Assembly: GCA_963797095.1 (NCBI GenBank)
Contig: CAWCNY010000005.1
Coordinates: 128,001 to 192,000, forward strand
Direction: 5' to 3'
DNA: 64,000 nt
From: an uncultured Chloroflexia bacterium
GTDB taxonomy: Bacteria; Chloroflexota; Chloroflexia; QHBQ01; JADMIH01
Part shown: positions 54,038 to 62,989 of the stretch, piece by piece
Layout of the letters: each line of letters starts with the position of its first letter
Numbering within the stretch: position 1 is the stretch's first letter
Notes under the pieces: generated by a model
What the model was told of the DNA's origin: nothing
Databases searched by the model: none
The model's input: only the letters and a program-made list of their open reading frames with translations
Position numbers and translations under genes: made by a program

Positions 54038-54145
54038 ATCCTAGGGCCCAACAGCGTCGATATCCTCAAAACTGTTTGAATCCGGCCCCGGATTCGGGCC
54101 GGTAACTATTATCCAGCCTGGCGTGCAGCTAGGTGTGGCAGTAGG
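54038..54145 (-). pseudogene. fragment of a paralogue of the 45809-47665 repeat protein
   Basis: PTATPSCTPGWIIVTGPNPGPDSNSFEDIDAVGP resembles GCIPWEVVSSPSPGAIYNALSGIAAIST. Confidence 0.55.
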
Positions 54146-54618
54146 CCTGTTGCTAAGATTACGACGAAAAGCTACATCGTGCTAGATAACCAGACAGATT
54201 CGAGTGTGAATCAGTTGGTCAATGTCTGCTCAAACGCCAACTTTGAGCAGATGCAACGGCAAACGTTGTCCGGTAGTTATCTGGCACCCTGGAGCGTCAC
54301 AACAGCGCAGTTATCTTGTGCGTTGTAGGATTCCGTCAGGATCTTAGCAACAGGCCAATAACTGGGGGATCTTTCCCGGTAGATAATGCTACAAGCTATA
54401 ACTTGCTTGTTAATGGTGGAGCAATTGCAGCAGGACTTAACCGCACGCTAATGTTGAAGTTTCTTGTGTTTGACCGTTCACTACTGCAAGAAGGTGCGAC
54501 GTTGGGCGTGGTTGCCTCACCACCGAGAACCCTGCCGTCACCAGGCGACAACACACTGCCTGAACGGCTCCATTTCCAACCCTAGCAAAGGGGAGTAGAG
54601 ATGAAGACAAGCCATCGT

Positions 54619-55194
54619 TCATGAGGTCATGGAAGCCTGAAGGTAGCGATAAACCGTCGCTTTGGAGACGCCATATTCCTTCATCAGGGTTCGGATCGTC
54701 GTCCCTTGCTGCCGCTTGGTTTGCATATCGGCAATCTGCTGCGCCTTCAAGGTCTTGCGCCGACCAAACGGCACGCCTCGCGCTTTGGCCTTCGCAATGC
54801 CATCCATTTGACGTTCGGCACGGAGCTCTGTCTCAAATTGGCTAATAGCTCCCAACATATTAAACAGTAGCCGTCCGGTGGCATCGTTGGTATTGATTTG
54901 CTGATCCAGCACCTGCAATTGAACTCCTTTGCGTGCGAGCTGTTCAGCAATCTGACACAGATGAAGTGTTGAACGCGCCAGGCGGTCCAGGCGGGTAATG
55001 ACTAGTGTATCGCCTTCACGGGCGTACTCTAGGCAGGCCACCAAGCGTGGGCGTCTATCCGACGTGCCTGTACCACCTGTGCTTGTAGCACTGCGCTTCT
55101 CCTCAAAGAGCTTGTCGCAGTGCTTCAGTTTATCTTGTTGGACTTCGAGACTCTGGCCCACCGAGCTGACCCGGGCATAACCAATCAACGCCAT
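54619..55194 (-). CDS. tnpR: serine resolvase of the Tn3 element
   Basis: IGYARVSS, TRLDRLARS, C-terminal HTH VSKATVYRYL. Confidence 0.93.
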   Translation of the reverse strand: MALIGYARVSSVGQSLEVQQDKLKHCDKLFEEKRSATSTGGTGTSDRRPRLVACLEYAREGDTLVITRLDRLARSTLHLCQIAEQLARKGVQLQVLDQQINTNDATGRLLFNMLGAISQFETELRAERQMDGIAKAKARGVPFGRRKTLKAQQIADMQTKRQQGTTIRTLMKEYGVSKATVYRYLQASMTS

Positions 55195-55399
55195 TGCATA
55201 CTCCTATACTCCTGTTGTCTTTCCTATCGATTCGTTTCTACTGTTGTCATTGTCTCGGAAGGTCTTAGACGCTATGATAACTGGATTATGAGACATATTC
55301 TGAGACGCGTCAAAGTGCTGGGACTTGATAGGATTTAATTGTATACTTTTTGAGACTTTGGGCGCTGACACGATTGTCCTCTCATAACGAAGGAGCAGT
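55195..55399. promoter_or_regulatory. probable res site and divergent tnpR/tnpA promoters
   Basis: Canonical location; recurring GAGAC/GTCTC half-site-like motifs. Confidence 0.6.
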
Positions 55400-58300
55400 G
55401 TGACCAATCTTGTGACAAACCTGGAAGTGGGTGAGGCCAAGGCCAGCGAGCCCAGCAAGACACCAAAGCGGCTATACATCCTCGATGACCAGGAAATCGA
55501 GGCCCTCTACGCTAGACCGCTCTTCACTGAAGACGATAGAATCCAAGCTTTCATGCTCACCCAGTCCGAGAAGGACCTACTCGCTTCCTTTTCACCCATT
55601 CACGTCCAGCTATACTTCATCCTCCAACTGGGCTACTTCAAAGCCAAACAGCTTTTCTTCACCTTTACCTTTCATGACGTTGCTAACGATGTGACGCACC
55701 TCCTCCAACGCTATTTCCCTGGGGTGCCACTCGACCCACTTGGGCCAGATAGGCCAGGTGGGTCGAGTGGCACTGATGGCCAACATGAACCACAGCCAAA
55801 ACTGCGCCCTCTCAATAAACGCACCATCCTCAAACAGCGGCAGCGTATCCTGGAACTGTTCCAGTATCGGCTCTGCACGCCTACGGACCGCAAGCGCTTG
55901 TTCCTTCGTGCCCAACAGGCCGCTCGCATCAGCAGCAAACCTGTCTATGTCTTTCGCGAGATACTTCACTATCTGACCGAACAGCGCATTGTCAGCCCCG
56001 GCTATACCGTACTCCAGGAGGAGATCGTCGGCAAGGCGCTAACTGCGGAAGCCAAGCGCTTGATGACCATGCTTCAGACAAAGTTGTCTCCCACTGTGTG
56101 TGTAGCGCTCGACCAACTCGTCGCTCTCGCCGAAACCGAGGGGCTCTATGCCATCACGCTGCTGAAACATCAGCCCAGAGACTTCAGCCTGGGAGAAATG
56201 CGCCGTGAAATAACCTGCGGCGAGCAACTCGCTCCGCTATACCATCTGGCCATGCAGATCGTGCCGCAGTTGGGCATCTCCAACGAAGCCATTACCTACT
56301 ACTCTTCCTTGGTCTCGTACTATTCCGTCTTCCGGCTCAAGCAACTGGACCCATGGATGGTGTACTTGTATCTGCTCTGTTTTATCGTCCATCGATATCA
56401 GTGCTTCTCGGACAATCTGCTCACCTGCTTCATTCATCTGGTGAAGCAGTACAATGATGAAGCCAAAACTGCCGCCAAGGAAGCGGTCTATCAGCAAAGG
56501 GTGCTAAACAACCGGGACTTGCCCAGGGCCGGCCAGGTTCTCAAGCTCTTCACGACCGATTACGCGCCGGAAACCTCATTCAGGGATGTCCAAGCCACAG
56601 CCTTTACCATGCTTGACCGTATGCGCTTGGCTGCGGTTGCGGACTACATTGCAGGGGAGGCGAGCTTTGACGAAACCGACCTTCAATGGGCGCATCTTGA
56701 CCTGATGGCTCGGCGCTTCAAGCAGCATTTACGTCCCATCCTACGAGCGGTCGATCTTGAGGCCACCCGTGCTAATGCCCCCATTCTGGAGGCAGGAGAG
56801 TTTCTCAAGATGGCCTTTCAAAAAGACCGCTCCCTCCGGCAGATAGATGCAGTGGACTTCCCTACCCACTTCATGCCGGTTCGAGACAAACGCTGCCTCT
56901 ATCACCGTCATACCCGCGATCAGCGTGATCGCGACCGTAACGGCACCGGCGCTACTGGCCACAAACAACTCAACCCTGACCGCTACGAGTTTCTTGTCTA
57001 TCGGCTACTACGCAATGGGTTGGAGGCCGGCGATCTCTATTGCCCCACCAGCGTGCGGTTCCGCAGTTTTGAGGATGATCTCATTGATGAACAGGAATGG
57101 CAACAAAACAAGGCCACCTTACTCACCGAAACGGGCTTGTCCTCTCTGTTACAACCCATCCAGGAGCATCTTGCTGACCTCGAATGTCAGTTGGAGGAGC
57201 GTATTGCCGCTGTCAACGCGCGCATCAGTGCCGGGGAGAACAGCCACTTTCAGATCAAGGGCAAGAGCAGGGATAAGGGAGGAGGCAGCCGCACGCCCCG
57301 GACGCGCTGGACCCTGCAGTATCCCAAAAGCACCGAGCCTATCAACCACCCTGTGTTCGACACGCTAGGCCAGGTCAATATTGCCAGTCTGCTCCATTTC
57401 GTTGACTGCCATTGCCACTTCATGGACTGCTTTGAGCATGTTCTCGGGCGTTATAGCAAACAAGAGGTTGATGATCGTATCACCCACGTGATCAGTGCCT
57501 GCCTTGTAGCATGGGGGACCAACATGGGCCTGGGGCGGATGGGCGAAATCTCCGACATTGGCTTCTACACGCTCGCACGCACCTCGGAGAACTTTCTACG
57601 CCTCGAAACTTTGAAAGCTGCCAACGATTGTGTGGCAAACGCCATCGCGGCCCTCCCTATCTTTCGGCAGTATGATCTGGGCGGTGTAGTCCATTCGAGT
57701 AGCGACGGGCAGAAGTTTGAGACAGCTGTGCCTACATTCAATGCCCGTCATTCGCCAAAGTACTTCGGCCTCAAAAAGGGGGTGGTTGCCTACACGCTGA
57801 TTGCCAACCATGTGCCGGTGAATGCAGACATGATAGGCGCTCACGACCATGAGAGCCGTTATGTCTTCGATCTGCTCTTCAACAACACAACGGACATTCA
57901 GCCCGAAGTACATTCCACAGATACCCACGGGACCAACCAGGTGAATTTCGCTCTGCTCTCCATTTTCGGCTACCAGTTTGCTCCGCGCTATGCTGGAATC
58001 GAGGAAAAGGTGCGCACCTCATTGTATGGCTTTGCGCATCCCAGCCAATACAGCGACGTGATCCTCAAACCGGTCCGCAAGCTGAATACAGAGTTGATCC
58101 TGGCGGAATGGGACAACCTGCGGAGGATCTTCGTTTCATTGGCACTGAAAACGACTACGCAGAGTATCATCGTGGGCAAACTCAACGCGTACGCTCGGAG
58201 AAACAAAACTCGCCAGGCTCTGTGGGAATACGACAATATCATCAGCAGTCTGTATCTGCTCGACTTTGTGGACTCGCCGCTCATACGCAAGAACGTGCAG

Positions 58301-58675
58301 AAGGCACTGAACCGGGGCGAGAATTATCATCAGTTGCGCCGAGCGGTCTCCTACGCCAACTTTGGGAAGCTACGCTTTAGGACCACAGAAGATCAAGGGC
58401 TGTGGCACGAGTGCAGTCGATTGATAACCAACTGCATCATCTTCTACAACACAAGCATTCTATCGGGGTTGTGGACACACAAAGAAGCTGCTGGGAATAT
58501 GGCGGGCGCCGAGTTGATCGCTCAGATCTCCCCAGTGGCGTGGCAGCACATCAATTTCCATGGACGCTATGAGTTCACCACCAGCCCGCAATCCATTGAC
58601 CTCGACGCGGTTGTGCAAGAACTTGCCGATCGCCCAATCATTGCAGTAGAGGAAGTGGAAGGGGAAGAGGAATAG
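55400..58675 (+). CDS. tnpA: Tn3-family transposase
   Basis: LQLGYFKAK, SSSDGQKF, STDTHG, YQFAPR, LNRGENYHQL, ISPVAWQHINFHGRYEF. Confidence 0.95.
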   Translation: MTNLVTNLEVGEAKASEPSKTPKRLYILDDQEIEALYARPLFTEDDRIQAFMLTQSEKDLLASFSPIHVQLYFILQLGYFKAKQLFFTFTFHDVANDVTHLLQRYFPGVPLDPLGPDRPGGSSGTDGQHEPQPKLRPLNKRTILKQRQRILELFQYRLCTPTDRKRLFLRAQQAARISSKPVYVFREILHYLTEQRIVSPGYTVLQEEIVGKALTAEAKRLMTMLQTKLSPTVCVALDQLVALAETEGLYAITLLKHQPRDFSLGEMRREITCGEQLAPLYHLAMQIVPQLGISNEAITYYSSLVSYYSVFRLKQLDPWMVYLYLLCFIVHRYQCFSDNLLTCFIHLVKQYNDEAKTAAKEAVYQQRVLNNRDLPRAGQVLKLFTTDYAPETSFRDVQATAFTMLDRMRLAAVADYIAGEASFDETDLQWAHLDLMARRFKQHLRPILRAVDLEATRANAPILEAGEFLKMAFQKDRSLRQIDAVDFPTHFMPVRDKRCLYHRHTRDQRDRDRNGTGATGHKQLNPDRYEFLVYRLLRNGLEAGDLYCPTSVRFRSFEDDLIDEQEWQQNKATLLTETGLSSLLQPIQEHLADLECQLEERIAAVNARISAGENSHFQIKGKSRDKGGGSRTPRTRWTLQYPKSTEPINHPVFDTLGQVNIASLLHFVDCHCHFMDCFEHVLGRYSKQEVDDRITHVISACLVAWGTNMGLGRMGEISDIGFYTLARTSENFLRLETLKAANDCVANAIAALPIFRQYDLGGVVHSSSDGQKFETAVPTFNARHSPKYFGLKKGVVAYTLIANHVPVNADMIGAHDHESRYVFDLLFNNTTDIQPEVHSTDTHGTNQVNFALLSIFGYQFAPRYAGIEEKVRTSLYGFAHPSQYSDVILKPVRKLNTELILAEWDNLRRIFVSLALKTTTQSIIVGKLNAYARRNKTRQALWEYDNIISSLYLLDFVDSPLIRKNVQKALNRGENYHQLRRAVSYANFGKLRFRTTEDQGLWHECSRLITNCIIFYNTSILSGLWTHKEAAGNMAGAELIAQISPVAWQHINFHGRYEFTTSPQSIDLDAVVQELADRPIIAVEEVEGEEE

Positions 58676-58724
58676 CCGGAGCCAAATGCACCGTTTTGGG
58701 GGGATATGCAAAAACCCCCGTGGT

Positions 58725-58893
58725 GGTGATGCGCAAGGTATCAGGTGGTAGTCAATCGCCCAAGGGATCAGCCACCCGGATGACGTTGGCTACCCTGTTC
58801 GGCACCTGGCGAGCTAAGGGTCTCAACCCCTTCTTTGAGTGTTTCACCCTCCTCTCTCAACCCCAACCCCAGCCCCTCACACCCTTAATCTGA
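58725..58893 (+). pseudogene. C-terminal fragment of the IS66 transposase
   Basis: VMRKVSGGSQSPKGSATRMTLATLFGTWRAKGLNPF continues the frame of DNNLAERSIRPV. Confidence 0.9.
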
Positions 58894-59245
58894 ACGCTAT
58901 CAGGCCGTTGATATTAAAGATACGATGCGATGGGCTATCAAGGTTTCCTTATTCGAAGTCAATGTTGGCCCGCTCAGGCACTGAAAGGACATGATTTGAG
59001 ATTATCAGCCTGAAATCACACAACCTATTCTGACTGAGTGCGTTAATCATACATACACTCACAGTTACATTGACAGTTACGCCGGTCTGTGGAAAAAGGT
59101 GCTTACAACTCCCCGGCACGCTAACATAGGGCGTGAGCAGTTCTTCCGTTTTTAGAGGCAAACTGGGCAGCCTGAAATGGGCGTCGGGCTATGCAGTAAC
59201 CCTACTGTATTTTCCGTAATAGTACGAAAGAACTACTTGATTGTG

Positions 59246-59275
59246 TTGACAGGCGCGACGGGGATTCCCTATACT
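59246..59275 (+). promoter_or_regulatory. candidate sigma70 promoter
   Basis: TTGACA-18 bp-TATACT. Confidence 0.55.
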
Positions 59276-59811
59276 TGGCAAAGCTAGAAGACGCAAATAT
59301 GCCAGCAGAGGTCACCATAAGCGGTACAAGTCACTTTTTTTTTACAGGCCTGCGTAGACCCTGCATCTACTGCCCACCCCCACTCCGGGTCCCGGTCACG
59401 CCATCTGCGCACCACGTCTTACACTTTCTCACAACCGGCAGCCGGTTTGAGGCAGCGTCGCCTCCCAGTGTTTCGCCCGAAACAGAGCCTGGTACTTCGT
59501 ACACCCCAACGCAACCTCAAAGCGATATGTGCACAAGATATGCGTGGCCGCACACGCAGCAGCGAGACTATTAAGGTGGCCTCAGCCGGAGGGCACAGTT
59601 AGCCTCGCGTCACGGCTTTGACTCCTCGACAGAGGGGTGAAGCAACCAAAATCGCCTCCGCACCACCGGTTGGCACGGTGGTCAGCACGAGCGGTAGGCG
59701 ATGCAGTACGGGCAAGCTTGAATTCTCAGATGAAAGCCAGGAAATCGCATTTCCAGCCCGTACCGAATGCCACTCGCGGCGCAAACGGTAAACACGAAAG
59801 GAGACATTTCA

Positions 59812-60597
59812 TTGAAGCTCAATAGACTGTTAATCCCGGTGGTGGCTGTGCTCCTCATCGCGGGGGCAGCCCTTATGCTCGGCGCCCAACCAAAGCCGAG
59901 TTTCCACGTGCCCCCAGGCGACCTTGTCGACTCGCCCAACGCCTCGTCGATGCAGGAAATGGCCCGTAAGCCGGTCCCTGACGCTCCGGCCCTGCCTGAT
60001 GGTAGTCAGGAGGGCGCAACCATAGAGAGTTTCGACGGAAGCTCAACCGACGGCTGGCAGGGCATCAACGAGTTGGAGGTAAACTGGATAGCCAGCGATG
60101 GCAGACTCCAGCAGAACATCCCCGTAAGCGAGGTACCGGGCGAGCAGAACGCCATGTTTGTCACGCGTGACACAAGTTTTGCTGACGGTTCGGTAGAGAC
60201 TTATTTCTACCCAACAGCCGGTTCGCCGCTCGGCATCGTCCTGCGCGGCTCGGCCAATGGCTACTATCGCGTGGTGTTCTACATGAACGTTAACACAAAT
60301 CAATTATCGAAGGCCGAAATCCAGCTTGTAACAACAAACAGCGATGGCAACACGCAGAGCAAGACCCTGACGCAAGCCGATTATGCTACATGGCGCGGTT
60401 ACGACCTCGAGCGTTGGACCCTAGCACAGGCCACCATCAAGGGGGACCGGATAGCGGTTTCCATAGATGGGCACGAGATCATGTCGGCCTCCGATGACAC
60501 GAACGCCTTTACTCAGGGCTGGGCGGGCGTATGGACCCAGTCCGATGGAGGCACCCAATTCGATAACATCCGCATCCAGCGTTCGGCTGGCCGCTAG
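59812..60597 (+). CDS. secreted beta-sandwich (ConA/LamG-like) protein
   Basis: AAAGGAG RBS with TTG start, signal peptide, LGIVLR..GYYR..IAVSIDG..GWAGVW..FDNIRI. Confidence 0.72.
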   Translation: MKLNRLLIPVVAVLLIAGAALMLGAQPKPSFHVPPGDLVDSPNASSMQEMARKPVPDAPALPDGSQEGATIESFDGSSTDGWQGINELEVNWIASDGRLQQNIPVSEVPGEQNAMFVTRDTSFADGSVETYFYPTAGSPLGIVLRGSANGYYRVVFYMNVNTNQLSKAEIQLVTTNSDGNTQSKTLTQADYATWRGYDLERWTLAQATIKGDRIAVSIDGHEIMSASDDTNAFTQGWAGVWTQSDGGTQFDNIRIQRSAGR

Positions 60598-60620
60598 TCA
60601 AGGTAGGAGATAAGAGATTT

Positions 60621-62903
60621 ATGACTGCTAACAACCGAAAACTCAAGTCAGCCTTGCTGGTGCTCATGGGAGTGCTAATCACGACGCTGGCGTTTTGGGC
60701 CCAAAAAGCCAATCCTGGGGGCATCGCGAGTGCCGCAGCGCCCGTGAGCAATGCTGCGACAAGCAACAGTGCTGCGCAGGATGCCCCCGACTCCGATTTC
60801 AGTACACCCGACCTCCTATCATACATCGGCCAGTATGATAGCTTTCCGGGCATCGCGGCCTCGCCCCTGGATGGTTCTATCACAGCCGATTGGGGTGCAG
60901 CCCCCGATGATAGTACCGGCATAATTTATGCGGCCACCAACACGGAGTTTGGTCAGGATACCTTGCCTACAACCATAGATCGAGACGCGCCCAATCTGAT
61001 CAACTGCAAGAATCAGTTTGGCCCATGCCCACTTGTTGCAGACAGCCTGGGCCGCAGGCACTTGCTGTACTGGAACTGGCCTCACGGCGGTAGTTTCTGC
61101 GCCTACTATGTGATGATCTTACCGGGTGGCACGATCGCCACCGACGAGGTAGTACCCGGCAGCTGCGATTCGGGCGTGCCACGCAAGCTCCTCGCTATCG
61201 CAGTCGATAGCAACCTGACGGTGCATATTGCGGCGAGTCGCGACAATCAATACGTCACTCGTTACTGGGAGCGCCTGAACGATGGCACCTGGAGCGTAAT
61301 CAACGAGACGATACCACAGCCATGCGGTCAAACAGGCGACCTTACTTTGGGCGTTTCTAAGAATGGTGTCGTGATGGCCGCGTTCAAAGATTGTGGGGTT
61401 TACGGGAGTGGCACGGATATCTGGACGGCTACACGTACTGCCCCAAACGATTGGCAGCTTGACGACATTTCTGCTTCGTGTTGCGAGGCCTGCCCCAACG
61501 TGTCGAACGCTTATCTGCCAAACCTGGCGGCCTCACCGGACGGCGGACTGAGGATCTCCTGGGCGGACGGCCGGTGCTCGGGGAGTGAGACTGACATATA
61601 TTACAGGGAGTGGAATCCCGGAACGGGGTGGGATGGCACGCCAATTGTGCGGGTCGCGCAAAACTCCGGTAAGTCGTATCACAATGCGATCGCGGTGGAC
61701 GACTCCGGTGAGGCCCATATCGTATGGGCTGACGACACAAGCAGCCCCGTCGGTTACTACCGCGTGTTCTACGCCCACGGGCGAGGCAGCGTATTCACAC
61801 ACGTGGAGCTGCCCTTCGACCATTGGGCCGGGACCGCCTGGCAGCGCGACGTGGCAATCGACTCTGCTTTCGGATATATCCATGTGGCGTTCAGCACGAT
61901 CCGCACCGACCCGAAAAAAGACAATTACTACTCCTATAGTATGGTGGCCCCGCCACCGACGCCCACACCAACGAATACTCCTACACCGCCGTGCCTCGGC
62001 CAGTCGGGATTGGACTTCCAGGATGTGTGTGTTGGCAGTACGTTCTACACTTATGTACATGACATCTACACCGCAGGCATCATGACAGGGTACAACTGCG
62101 GAGGACCCGGCGAACCATGCGCACCTCCGGGTAACAAGCCGTACTTCCGGCCCAACAACAGCACTACAAGAGGCCAGATGGCTAAGATCGTGGTGCTTGG
62201 GGCCAATCTCACCATCCTTTCACCGAATGTGGCGCACTTCGAAGATGTACCCGTTGGCAGTACGTTCTTCACCTATGTAGAAACGGCCTATGCCAACGAT
62301 GTAATCAACGGCTACGCCTGTGGTGGTGAAGGCGAGCCGTGTAATCCACCAGGCAACCGCCCATACTACAGGCCAAACAGCACTGTAACGCGTGGGCAGC
62401 TTACCAAGATGGTGAGCACAGCCTTTGGCTTCGATGAGTCCGTTGTTGGGCAGACCTTCGAAGATGCGCCTCCAGGCTCAACATTCTACACGTTCATACA
62501 AAGACTGAGCAATCGGGGCGTAGTCAATGGATATGCCTGCGGTGGTGAAGGCGAGCCATGCGGCGTCGGAAACAGGCCGTACTTCCGGCCAGGGAGCAGT
62601 GTCACGCGTGCTCAGACGGCCAAGATCGTTGACGAGTCGCGTATGCAGCCAACACCAACGCCAACACCCGCAACACCTACTACCACGCCGACGGCAGCAC
62701 CTACTCATACGCCAACCCCCATCCCCACCACTACACCCACTTCAACCGCAACTGTCACAGAAGAGGCATCGGCAACGCCTGAGGACACGGCCACTGCGAC
62801 ACCTCAGGAAACCGAAACCTCGACCCCAGAGGCTACAGCCACTGAAGAGGCTACGGCGACTGAGACAGAGACGACACTGGCACGTACCGATCCAAACTCA
62901 TAA
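60621..62903 (+). CDS. secreted Cys-rich beta-propeller protein with three SLH domains and Thr/Glu-rich tail
   Basis: Signal peptide; IAVD..VHI blade repeats; SLH with GY.CGG.GEPC inserts. Confidence 0.85.
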   Translation: MTANNRKLKSALLVLMGVLITTLAFWAQKANPGGIASAAAPVSNAATSNSAAQDAPDSDFSTPDLLSYIGQYDSFPGIAASPLDGSITADWGAAPDDSTGIIYAATNTEFGQDTLPTTIDRDAPNLINCKNQFGPCPLVADSLGRRHLLYWNWPHGGSFCAYYVMILPGGTIATDEVVPGSCDSGVPRKLLAIAVDSNLTVHIAASRDNQYVTRYWERLNDGTWSVINETIPQPCGQTGDLTLGVSKNGVVMAAFKDCGVYGSGTDIWTATRTAPNDWQLDDISASCCEACPNVSNAYLPNLAASPDGGLRISWADGRCSGSETDIYYREWNPGTGWDGTPIVRVAQNSGKSYHNAIAVDDSGEAHIVWADDTSSPVGYYRVFYAHGRGSVFTHVELPFDHWAGTAWQRDVAIDSAFGYIHVAFSTIRTDPKKDNYYSYSMVAPPPTPTPTNTPTPPCLGQSGLDFQDVCVGSTFYTYVHDIYTAGIMTGYNCGGPGEPCAPPGNKPYFRPNNSTTRGQMAKIVVLGANLTILSPNVAHFEDVPVGSTFFTYVETAYANDVINGYACGGEGEPCNPPGNRPYYRPNSTVTRGQLTKMVSTAFGFDESVVGQTFEDAPPGSTFYTFIQRLSNRGVVNGYACGGEGEPCGVGNRPYFRPGSSVTRAQTAKIVDESRMQPTPTPTPATPTTTPTAAPTHTPTPIPTTTPTSTATVTEEASATPEDTATATPQETETSTPEATATEEATATETETTLARTDPNS

Positions 62904-62917
62904 CCATCTTATGATTG

Positions 62918-62953
62918 GGAACGGGAACTTGTACGAATCAGGTTCCCGTTCTC
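62918..62953 (+). terminator. hairpin between the tandem paralogues
   Basis: GGGAACGGGAACTTG...CAGGTTCCCGTTCTC. Confidence 0.55.
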
Positions 62954-62989
62954 TCTATAGGTGCATAAGGATGGCAGGAGGTAACACCG

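Larger units (their letters stand above)
35088..58719 (+). mobile_element. Tn3-family transposon, 23,632 bp
   Basis: 33-bp perfect IRs GGGGGTTTTTGCATATCCCCCCAAAACGGTGCA (35088-35120, 58687-58719); 5-bp TSD GTGGT; tnpR/tnpA at right end; removal restores IS66 ERSIRPVVVMRKVSGG. Confidence 0.95.
33504..58901 (+). mobile_element. IS66-family (single-ORF ISBst12-like) element, about 1.76 kb, split by a Tn3 insertion
   Basis: Ends GTATGCGGTCAGA / TCTGAACGCTATC; 8-bp TSD AGGCCGTT at 33496-33503 and 58902-58909. Confidence 0.88.

Noticed and set aside
59277-59330. c-di-GMP-I riboswitch (GGCAAA...GACGCAAA)
   Set aside because: Only 7 nt separate the two motifs; no P2 stem with GAAA tetraloop and no receptor helix.
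59600-59660. c-di-AMP (ydaO) riboswitch suggested by GGGGTGAA
   Set aside because: Other conserved segments (GCUGAAUCC, GGGAACC, CCGUCAGCUAAC) are absent.
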